This document shows positions 56,977 to 64,000 of a stretch of 64,000 nt of DNA, one piece after another. The translations under genes were made by a program, and so were the position numbers. The DNA lies in contig JAJEFL010000126.1 in assembly GCA_022820435.1 (NCBI GenBank), positions 4,419 to 68,418 on the forward strand. The letters run 5' to 3'. How positions within the stretch are numbered: position 1 is the first letter of the stretch; each line of letters starts with the position of its first letter. The notes beneath the pieces are model-generated. The model saw only the letters and a program-made list of their open reading frames with translations. It was not told the DNA's origin and searched no databases. The DNA is from Rhodothermales bacterium (GTDB taxonomy: Bacteria > Bacteroidota > Rhodothermia > Rhodothermales > Bin80).

Positions 56977-57219
56977 ATGGTACGGCGACTTTTTACGTTA
57001 CCCATACGCGCATATCAACTGCTATTGTCTCCGCATCTCCATAATGCATGTCGGTATACGCCTTCGTGTTCAAATTATGCAATTCAGGCCATAAACAAGT
57101 ATGGAGTGGTGAAAGGGATTATACTGGCGATATGGCGCGTTCTGCGTTGTCATCCGTGGGCAAAGCATGGATATGACCCTCCCCGCTGGTTTGGTGAGTC
57201 ACCGGAGGAGCAGAGATGA
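56977..57219 (+). CDS. yidD: membrane protein insertion efficiency factor
   Basis: YQLLLSPHLHNACRYTPSCSNYAIQAINKYG is the YidD signature; 80 aa. Confidence 0.9.
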   Translation: MVRRLFTLPIRAYQLLLSPHLHNACRYTPSCSNYAIQAINKYGVVKGIILAIWRVLRCHPWAKHGYDPPRWFGESPEEQR

Positions 57220-57716
57220 GCACACATAAATCAGGTGCACCTGCGAAACTGCGATTTGCACTCATAACGGTAAGTGATACACGGACAAAAGCCACCGATA
57301 AGAGCGGAGCATGTATGGCCAGATTTATTCAGGAGAGTGGACACATAATTGCCTCGCAGTGTATTATTGCTGATGAACCGGACATCATACAGGAGACCAT
57401 CCATGCCCAGTCTGGATATACCGATGTGATCTGTTTGAGCGGAGGAACCGGGATCAGTCATCGAGATCAGACATTTGAAGCCGTCAATCCTCTTTTGGAC
57501 AGGAGATTGCCTGGGTTCGGAGAACTTTTTCGCTTACTCTCCTGGGAACAGGTCGGCAGCCGAGCGATGCTCTCCCGGGCGATTGCGGGTACATGTGCGG
57601 GTATGGTTATTTTTGCAGTCCCCGGATCTCCCAAGGCGGTTGAGTTGGCCATGGAAAAACTGATCCTTCCCGAAGCCCGGCATCTGGTTGCCGAATTACA
57701 CAGGGATGTAGTATGA
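57216..57716 (+). CDS. moaB: MoaB/Mog-family molybdenum cofactor biosynthesis protein
   Basis: ITVSDT and LSGGTGISHRD motifs; 166 aa. ATGA overlap with yidD. Confidence 0.8.
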   Translation: MSTHKSGAPAKLRFALITVSDTRTKATDKSGACMARFIQESGHIIASQCIIADEPDIIQETIHAQSGYTDVICLSGGTGISHRDQTFEAVNPLLDRRLPGFGELFRLLSWEQVGSRAMLSRAIAGTCAGMVIFAVPGSPKAVELAMEKLILPEARHLVAELHRDVV

Positions 57717-58312
57717 AGTATACTCTGGCGCTCCTGTTTGCAGGCTGGGGGGGACTCGGCTTGTCCGCATCCTCTTCGGCGCAGGAACTGCTGACGAATA
57801 TGCAAATCTTCGAGAACCTTGGTATTGCATGTCTGGAATCCGTCCCTGCGGAGGCAGATTCTCTGGTTCTGTCTCCATCAGCCAATCTCCCCTATATGAC
57901 CGGTGCACTGATTCGTCGCTGGCAAAAGCAGGATAAAATCCTCTTCTTTGCCGATTCGCTGAATACCCAAGATCCGTCTTTTCTACTTTCCTGGGAAGTG
58001 TTCAATGCGACCATCTCCTATATGCGTGACGGGCGCAAAACGCTATCCCGCTCAGCAGAATTGAACTTGCGTTACACATATTTAGGGCTGAATGGCGAGA
58101 TTTTATCCCGGAATACCTGTCAGCAGGTGTTTTCAGACCAGATTCGAAAGAGTCTGATTCCTGAACTGGAATCACAAGCCTACCCTGAAACTCAGGCCGA
58201 ACTCCCTCCACAGCATTGGATTCGTCGTCATTTTGAGCCGGTGATCATTGCGGCTGCGACGGGGCTCGCTGCATTCCTCTTCTTTAATTTGCGGAATGAT
58301 CGTGCTGACTAA
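57713..58312 (+). CDS. hypothetical secreted/membrane protein
   Basis: N-terminal signal (MKYTLALLFAGWGGLGLSASSSAQ) and a C-terminal TM (VIIAAATGLAAFLFF). No motif recognised. Confidence 0.5.
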   Translation: MKYTLALLFAGWGGLGLSASSSAQELLTNMQIFENLGIACLESVPAEADSLVLSPSANLPYMTGALIRRWQKQDKILFFADSLNTQDPSFLLSWEVFNATISYMRDGRKTLSRSAELNLRYTYLGLNGEILSRNTCQQVFSDQIRKSLIPELESQAYPETQAELPPQHWIRRHFEPVIIAAATGLAAFLFFNLRNDRAD

Positions 58313-59957
58313 TCGGATTGCTATACTGAGTGTTCTGCTGGTCTGCAGCTGTGCAGATCCCCGGCCCCCAACCGGTGGTCCGCGTGACGAAATTCCACCT
58401 GCCCTGCTCTCGACCGAACCTCCCCATGAATCGGTAGAGGTCTCTCCCACTGAACTTAAGTTGGTTTTTTCGGAATATGTGAATGAGGGATCCTTTGCGA
58501 GTGCTTTATCTATCGTTCCGACCCCGCAGGGGAGACTGGAGTATAGATGGCGGCGACGGTCCGTGACGGTGCGACTGCCCGAACCGCTGCGAGACTCCAC
58601 TACGTATGTGGTCACGCTTGATGATGAATTCAGGGACTGGCGCGGAGTTCGGCTGACACGTCCAATCTCCTTCGCATTCGCTACCGGGCCGGTGATTGAC
58701 CAAGGCCGGTTACGTGGACGCGTTGTTGATCATGCCCGGGGGATGCCCGTTGCGGGCCTGTCGGTCCTCGCCTATTCGTCACAGGCGACCATTGATCAAG
58801 GTCCGGCCTATCAAACCCAAACCGATACGGAAGGGCGATTTGCATTCGACTACGTTCGGGAATCCGATTTTTTCGTTCTTGGATTGCGGGATCTGAACCG
58901 GAATCTGAAACCGGATCCAGGAGAGTGGTTTGCAGTTCCGCCGATGCCAGCGATCAGGGCAATGCCAGATACAAGTCGCCAGTATGCAGACTGGGTGTAT
59001 ACAAAAGTGGACACACTTGGACCGTTCATTGAACGAGTGCGCACAACGGCCAATCAACTTATAGAAATTCGTTTCAGCGAAAGCGTATCCCTGCAAAGTC
59101 CGGCAGGCGGGCCCTGGAGCATTCGGGACTCGGTGAGTCATGCCCCGATCATGGTTCATTCCAGTTACCAGTCAGAGTCAAATGCACGTCTGCTCTATCT
59201 GGTAACAGACCCGATTCAGGAAAAAACCTATGCACTCTTTCCAGATCCCGCCATACAGGACTCCAGCGGAAATACGGTGCATCTGGATACGATTTATTTT
59301 GGGGGATCCGCAAGAATTCGCACAGAGGAACCAATGTTCGCAGGATTTTTTCCAGAGGGTAACGGGAATCCATACAGACTGGCCCCCTGGGAGACCCCTC
59401 AAATTGTGTTTGATCAACCCGTTGACGAAGATCGCCTGGATAGCTTGGTCAGCGTCCAGGACTCCACCGGTACAATAGTAAATCATGAAATCCAGACTTC
59501 AAACGGAATCCGTTATTCCTTAATGTCCCTGAATGACCCGGCTCAGATTTACCGGGTTGCGGTACAGCAGCCCGACAGCATGCATGTGCGGTTTTTTGAG
59601 CGGCTTGGACCTCGGTCACTAGGGAGCTTAAGTGGGGTAACGGTTCCCGCCGGAGATAGTGTATTGGTGACACTCACGGACTCGGACGGCCATGTTCTGG
59701 CCGTAGATATACCCGATTCAGAGGGTGCCTTCGTCTTCAATAACCTCCCGGAAAACACCTATCAGTTACATGCATTTGTTGACCGGAACCGTGATGGCCG
59801 CTGGAATGGGGGTTGGATTGATCCGTATCAGGCTGTTGAGCCGATTACCTGGTCATCTGAAGCCCTGACCATTCGTCCCCGATGGGATACTGCTCTGCCT
59901 GACACCCTTAAAATCGGTCAATCTATCCTGAAATTCCCCGTTCCATCTGATCAGTAA
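58296..59957 (+). CDS. Ig-like (SbsA/Big_5-type) domain lipoprotein
   Basis: The start was taken at MIVLTNRIAILSVLLVCSC (lipobox). DEIPPALLSTEP...VFSEYV is typical of SbsA-Ig N-terminal domains. The track ORF begins at 58248. Confidence 0.6.
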   Translation: MIVLTNRIAILSVLLVCSCADPRPPTGGPRDEIPPALLSTEPPHESVEVSPTELKLVFSEYVNEGSFASALSIVPTPQGRLEYRWRRRSVTVRLPEPLRDSTTYVVTLDDEFRDWRGVRLTRPISFAFATGPVIDQGRLRGRVVDHARGMPVAGLSVLAYSSQATIDQGPAYQTQTDTEGRFAFDYVRESDFFVLGLRDLNRNLKPDPGEWFAVPPMPAIRAMPDTSRQYADWVYTKVDTLGPFIERVRTTANQLIEIRFSESVSLQSPAGGPWSIRDSVSHAPIMVHSSYQSESNARLLYLVTDPIQEKTYALFPDPAIQDSSGNTVHLDTIYFGGSARIRTEEPMFAGFFPEGNGNPYRLAPWETPQIVFDQPVDEDRLDSLVSVQDSTGTIVNHEIQTSNGIRYSLMSLNDPAQIYRVAVQQPDSMHVRFFERLGPRSLGSLSGVTVPAGDSVLVTLTDSDGHVLAVDIPDSEGAFVFNNLPENTYQLHAFVDRNRDGRWNGGWIDPYQAVEPITWSSEALTIRPRWDTALPDTLKIGQSILKFPVPSDQ

Positions 59958-59963
59958 GTTCTT

Positions 59964-61562
59964 ATGCAAGTCCAGATCACGAAAAACCCATCTCTTGATT
60001 CAGATCCTTTTGTTACAGGTTTTCTTCCACTCCTGCGTGGCAGGGTGCAGCAAAAATTTGATCAGTTGGCGATTGAGTCCTTCGGGTTTTCTGCATTCAC
60101 ACTCATGGAAAATGCGGGGAGAGGCGCAGTATTGGTCATTGAGAACATCTATGGCGCTATGTGTGGACGCAAGGTTGTCATCTGCTGCGGCAGCGGGAAT
60201 AATGGTGGAGATGGATATGTGGCTGCACGGACACTCTATAACCACGGGGCATCGGTTTGTGTGATGGTTCTCAAACCGCCCTCTACGCCCGAAGCAAAAC
60301 AGAATTGGCATTTCCTCCAAAAACTGAATGAACTTGATCAATCACACCGACTGAAGATTGAAGGTTATACGGGGCAATCACTTCCACCGGCGGACCTGTA
60401 TGTTGATGCTCTGTTTGGCGTGGGGCTGAATCGGCCCCTGCAGGGAGATGTCCTGGATTTGGCGGGTGCATTGAATACAATGAATGCACCTGTGGTTGCG
60501 CTGGATCTGCCCTCGGGGCTGCATGCCGATACAGGGACCCCGCTTGGAAGCGCCGTGCAGGCTGACCTGACGGTCACGTTCAGTGCATACAAGCCGGGAT
60601 TGCTGTTCGGGCAAGGGCCGAAGTATTCGGGCCGTATCGAACTGGTCCATATTGGAATACCCCTGTCTGCAAGCCTCCGGGAACCATCTCTCCCAATTCA
60701 CTGGCTTACAACCGATTCGGCCATCTCGTCTTATATGCCAGATCGGGATTTGCAGGCACATAAGTATACTGCAGGGATGGTTCTGGTGATTGGAGGATCC
60801 CCGGGGTTTTCCGGGGCTCCCATGCTGACGGCACGCGCGGCGGCACGTGTCGGTGCGGGCTATGTTGCCTGTGCTGTCCCAGAAAGTATACAGAGTATTC
60901 TGGCAGCGGCCATGACTGAAGTCCCGGCAATCGGCCTGCCCGAAAGCCCGGAGGGGGGCATCGCCACGGATGCGGCTGTGAATGTGCTCCAGCCATGGCT
61001 TGCAAAAGCGAATGCATTGGTCATTGGGCCTGGTTTAGGCAGGCATCCGAACACGCAGGATTTCGTGCAATCCATCCTTCAATCTTCGGAGCTGCCGGTT
61101 GTGGTGGATGCGGATGCGCTCCCCGCTGCCGCACGGTTGTTGACCTCTGCGCGGAAAAGAAACTGGATATTTACTCCTCACTCGGGTGAATTCAATCGTA
61201 TGGCCCCGGAGTTCGGGAAATTTGATCCTCTTGACGCAGCGTGTCAGTGGTCATCCAGATGGAACTGCACACTTGTGCTTAAAGGGCATCCAACGGTAAT
61301 CGGCCGCTCGCAGAATTCGGCCTTCGTGTGCGGAACAGGAAATCCTGCTCTTGCCACTGCCGGGACAGGGGATGTGTTGGCGGGCCTGTGTGGTGGACTC
61401 CTTGCACAAGGCTGCGCAAGATCAACAGCGGCCGTCTGCGCGTCTCATATCGGGGGACTGGCCGCAGACCAGTATTCACTTAAAAATCATTCTGGCACGA
61501 TGATTGCTGGAGATATGATTGACGGTATCGTCACTGCATTGACCTCGTTGAGGAAAAAATAA
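59964..61562 (+). CDS. nnr: bifunctional NAD(P)H-hydrate epimerase / ADP-dependent dehydratase
   Basis: YjeF-N domain (CGSGNNGGDGYVAAR) plus a carbohydrate-kinase-like C domain (GGSPGFSGAPMLTA...GTGDVLAG). Confidence 0.9.
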   Translation: MQVQITKNPSLDSDPFVTGFLPLLRGRVQQKFDQLAIESFGFSAFTLMENAGRGAVLVIENIYGAMCGRKVVICCGSGNNGGDGYVAARTLYNHGASVCVMVLKPPSTPEAKQNWHFLQKLNELDQSHRLKIEGYTGQSLPPADLYVDALFGVGLNRPLQGDVLDLAGALNTMNAPVVALDLPSGLHADTGTPLGSAVQADLTVTFSAYKPGLLFGQGPKYSGRIELVHIGIPLSASLREPSLPIHWLTTDSAISSYMPDRDLQAHKYTAGMVLVIGGSPGFSGAPMLTARAAARVGAGYVACAVPESIQSILAAAMTEVPAIGLPESPEGGIATDAAVNVLQPWLAKANALVIGPGLGRHPNTQDFVQSILQSSELPVVVDADALPAAARLLTSARKRNWIFTPHSGEFNRMAPEFGKFDPLDAACQWSSRWNCTLVLKGHPTVIGRSQNSAFVCGTGNPALATAGTGDVLAGLCGGLLAQGCARSTAAVCASHIGGLAADQYSLKNHSGTMIAGDMIDGIVTALTSLRKK

Positions 61563-61664
61563 TTTCTGGGGAACCAGACGTTTTTTGTCAACGTAGGAGC
61601 GTGTGATATTCGTTGTGTATATTTATCAACGTGTTTTTAATTTAGTCACAAACCCCGCTGAATC

Positions 61665-62330
61665 ATGGCATTACGTAAAGCTCCAGCAGCCGATCTAAAA
61701 CGAACTTACGGATTCTTTGTCCAGGTTGGAATGATTGCTTCACTCCTCTTGCTCATTCTTGCGTTCAACGCAAACCTAGAACGTGGGGAAGCGATGGAAA
61801 TTGAGCAAGTTCAGCAGGAAGTTGTCCAAATGGAGGAAATCCTGCAGACGGAGCAAATTCAAAAGCCGCCGCCACCTCCGCGTCCTCCCGTTCCGGTGGA
61901 AGTCCCAAATGACGAGATCCTGGAAGATGACGAGTTGGATCTTGATGCTTCGCTTGACTTGGATGCGCCGATCAATGTTCCGCCACCGCCACCTCCACCG
62001 GACGAAGAAGAGGTGATTGAGGAGCCTGAAATTTTCGAGATTGTTGAGCAGATGCCTGAACTGATTGGAGGAATTCCAGGCTTACAGTCTAAAGCAAAAT
62101 ATCCTGAAATCGCACGTAAGGCGAATGTGGAAGGTCGCGTGATTGTGCAGTTTATCGTTGATGAAAACGGTGATGTGAGCGAACCTACGATCGTGCGCGG
62201 TATTGGGGGTGGTTGCGATCAGGAAGCGATCCGGGTCATTACCGAGCATGCCAAGTTCATTCCTGGACGGCAGCGTGGTCGCCCGGTGAAAGTAAAATTC
62301 TCGCTTCCGATTCAGTTCAAGTTGCGTTAA
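61665..62330 (+). CDS. tonB: energy transducer TonB (full length)
   Basis: N-terminal TM, a Pro-rich spacer (KPPPPPRPPVPVEVP...PPPPPPPDEEE) and a TonB-C domain (YPEIARKANVEGRVIVQFIVDENG...PVKVKFSLPIQFKL). Confidence 0.85.
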   Translation: MALRKAPAADLKRTYGFFVQVGMIASLLLLILAFNANLERGEAMEIEQVQQEVVQMEEILQTEQIQKPPPPPRPPVPVEVPNDEILEDDELDLDASLDLDAPINVPPPPPPPDEEEVIEEPEIFEIVEQMPELIGGIPGLQSKAKYPEIARKANVEGRVIVQFIVDENGDVSEPTIVRGIGGGCDQEAIRVITEHAKFIPGRQRGRPVKVKFSLPIQFKLR

Positions 62331-62350
62331 TCCGTTACTTTTCAAGAAAA

Positions 62351-62387
62351 ATGCCCTGCACCTTCCTAAGATTCAGGGCATTTTTTT
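62351..62387 (+). terminator. intrinsic terminator after tonB
   Basis: ATGCCCTG (62351-62358) pairs with CAGGGCAT (62374-62381), followed by a T7 run. Confidence 0.65.
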
Positions 62388-62576
62388 GGCCCATGACAGA
62401 AACCCTTTTCTGCCGGAAGGACAGTTCTCGTGTGCGCACAGGTTCGGTGATGGTACTGTTGAGATATCGCTCAGGGAATTGAGCAACCCGTCATGGTAGG
62501 GAAGGACATTTATTCGTAACGACATTGAACTTCGTTTTGACGGTCATTTAAACCCAGACTATAGAAATCTATTTCC

Positions 62577-62957
62577 ATGATTCGCATTTTGTTAGTTTTC
62601 TTCATCCTCATTGGTGTCAGTGCCTGCAGTATGTCAGAGTCGGTTGATGATTCTGAAGCCTTTGAAATGGTTGAGCAGATGCCTGCATTGATTGGAGGCT
62701 TTGCAGGGCTGCAGGCCAGGGTAAAATATCCTGAGATTGCTCGCAGGATGAAGGTGGAAGGCCGAGTGATTGTACAGTTTATTGTGGATGAAAATGGCAC
62801 TGTGTACGATCCTTCCGTCGTGCGCGGTATTGGTTCAGGCTGTGATGAAGAGGCAGCCAGAGTCCTGAAGGAGCACGCAAAATTCGTTCCCGGTCGACAA
62901 GATGGGCACCCGGTAAAAGTGAAATTCTCACTTCCGGTCATATTCAAGTTGAGTTGA
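62577..62957 (+). CDS. lipoprotein consisting only of a TonB C-terminal domain (paralog 1)
   Basis: Lipobox FFILIGVSAC, then directly EQMPALIGGFAGLQARVKYPEIARRMKVEGRVIVQFIVDENG... It is very similar to the C-terminus of the upstream TonB and has no Pro-rich spacer. Confidence 0.8.
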   Translation: MIRILLVFFILIGVSACSMSESVDDSEAFEMVEQMPALIGGFAGLQARVKYPEIARRMKVEGRVIVQFIVDENGTVYDPSVVRGIGSGCDEEAARVLKEHAKFVPGRQDGHPVKVKFSLPVIFKLS

Positions 62958-63191
62958 GTGACCATCATTGCCACAGATCTGCCCTGTTCCTGTCGAAGAT
63001 GCAGAGAATATTTTTCACCCCTTTCCTGCCGGAAAGCCCCCTATGTGATGCGCACAGGTCGGTGCTTGTATCGTTGAGATCTCTCGTCCGGAGGATTGAG
63101 CGATCCGTCACGGCAGGCAAGAGATTTAGTCATGATGACCTTGAACTTCGTTTTTGTGGTCATTGAAATCCAACTATAGAAATCTACTTCC

Positions 63192-63572
63192 ATGATCCGT
63201 ACCCTGTTATTTTTCTTCATTCTCATTAGTGTCAGTGCCTGCAGTACGTCTGAATCGGTTGATGACTCTGAAGTCTTTGAAACGGTTGAGCAGATGCCTG
63301 AACTCATTGGAGGCATAAATAGTCTGCTGACAAATGCGACGTACCCTGAGATGGCCCGTATGGCGGGTATTGAGGGAAAAGTTATTGTAGAGTTTGTTGT
63401 AGACGCAAAGGGAAATGTGCGTGATGCTTCCATTGTACAGGGCCTCGGCGGGGGGTGTGATGAAGAGGCAATCAGAGTCCTGAATGAGCATGCAAAATTC
63501 ACACCCGGTCGCCAGGATGGCCGTGCCGTAAATGTGAAGATGACACTTCCAATCACGTTCAAATTGACTTGA
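63192..63572 (+). CDS. lipoprotein consisting only of a TonB C-terminal domain (paralog 2)
   Basis: Lipobox FFILISVSAC, then EQMPELIGGINSLLTNATYPEMARMAGIEGKVIVEFVVDAKG...; 126 aa, the same length as paralog 1. Confidence 0.8.
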   Translation: MIRTLLFFFILISVSACSTSESVDDSEVFETVEQMPELIGGINSLLTNATYPEMARMAGIEGKVIVEFVVDAKGNVRDASIVQGLGGGCDEEAIRVLNEHAKFTPGRQDGRAVNVKMTLPITFKLT

Positions 63573-63594
63573 ATCCTCTCCCCGTCCAATGGAT

Positions 63595-63631
63595 ATGCCC
63601 TGTTCCTGTTGAGGTGCAGGGCATATTTTTT
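63595..63631 (+). terminator. intrinsic terminator after paralog 2
   Basis: ATGCCCTG (63595-63602) pairs with CAGGGCAT (63617-63624), followed by ATTTTTT. Confidence 0.65.
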
Positions 63632-63801
63632 GATCCTTAACCGGAGTATATCCCGGTCAAGAGAATTTTGGTCAGCGCAGATGGGGCCGTTCGTGAATCA
63701 CGGTGTCCCTGGGCAGGAGAGATTGGCACGGAGTTGTTTTTTTTTTGAGATCGGGCATTATATTTGTTTAGCGACAGTGACCATAGAATGTATCGTAGAT
63801 C

Positions 63802-64000
63802 ATGCCCCGTACTCTCCTGCGAATCCTGTTCCTCGTTGGCGTGAGTGCCTGCGGCACACCTCAACCCCTGACAGAGTTTCTACCTGCCGAGACGGTTTCC
63901 ACTCCCGGCGGCCAAATGCCAAAGCTGATTGGAGGGATTGCCCGATTACAACAGTATGTCAATCATCGTGCGTGTCGTGAGAACTCCCCGAAGATGTGGA
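63802..64000 (+). CDS. third lipoprotein, TonB-C-like N-terminal part (runs off window)
   Basis: Absent from the ORF track because it is open-ended. ATG 63802 gives MPRTLLRILFLVGVSACGTPQ...GGQMPKLIGGIARLQQYV, with no stop before base 64000. Past QQYV the sequence diverges from the expected YPE.A motif. Confidence 0.45.
   Translation, partial: MPRTLLRILFLVGVSACGTPQPLTEFLPAETVSTPGGQMPKLIGGIARLQQYVNHRACRENSPKMW

Larger units (their letters stand above)
62388..63631. repeat. tandem duplication, two ~615-bp units (upstream leader + TonB-C lipoprotein gene + terminator)
   Basis: The ATG-to-ATG distance is 615 bp (62577 to 63192). By eye, both the coding and the ~190-nt upstream sequence align, e.g. 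TTGAACTTCGTTTTGACGGTCATTTAAACCCAGACTATAGAAATCTATTTCCATGAT versus TTGAACTTCGTTTTTGTGGTCATTGAAATCCAACTATAGAAATCTACTTCCATGAT. Confidence 0.75.

Noticed and set aside
2841-57716. Numerous 4-nt ATGA stop/start overlaps (2841, 14329, 18702, 27018, 30919, 43356, 57216, 57713).
   Set aside because: This is ordinary translational coupling in compact operons. I used it only to choose start codons.
1-64000. Search for CRISPR arrays, rRNA, intact IS elements/transposases, integrases, reverse transcriptases (retron/DGR).
   Set aside because: No regularly spaced short repeats and no such protein signatures appear in any listed ORF. The only repeat structure seen is the TonB-C tandem duplication.

Overview
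This is a 64-kb chromosomal window with about 55 protein genes and 2 tRNA genes. It probably comes from a Bacteroidota or Rhodothermota/Balneolota-type bacterium. The hints are a T9SS C-terminal sorting tail on a 1063-aa BNR-repeat protein, a GH3-family gene, the folP-cdaA pair and many lipoproteins; this taxon call is inference only. Most genes are housekeeping: lpdA (partial), nadK, queE, folP, cdaA, pcm, aspS, a POT peptide transporter, ispE, PBP1A, hisI, yidD, moaB, nnr and tonB. Several accessory patches sit between them. (1) An AT-richer Wzy-type polysaccharide locus at 22.4-32.6 kb. (2) A small island at 33.8-36.2 kb carrying an HTH-ImmA/IrrE protease gene plus a DUF4411 PIN-like gene interrupted by an in-frame TGA. 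(3) A stand-alone DUF262/DUF1524 (GmrSD-like) nuclease gene at 46.6-48.6 kb. (4) A tandem array of lipoprotein-type TonB-C-only paralogs after tonB at 61.7-64.0 kb. The most unusual feature is a tRNA-Lys(UUU) gene at 17843-18245 (minus strand). It is split after U34 by a 327-nt ORF-less insert that I can hand-fold into a complete group I intron core. That core shares sequence blocks with the cyanobacterial/plastid tRNA-Leu(UAA) intron. I saw no CRISPR array, rRNA, intact transposase or integrase. All functional calls come from motif reading of the supplied translations, and no database search was possible.
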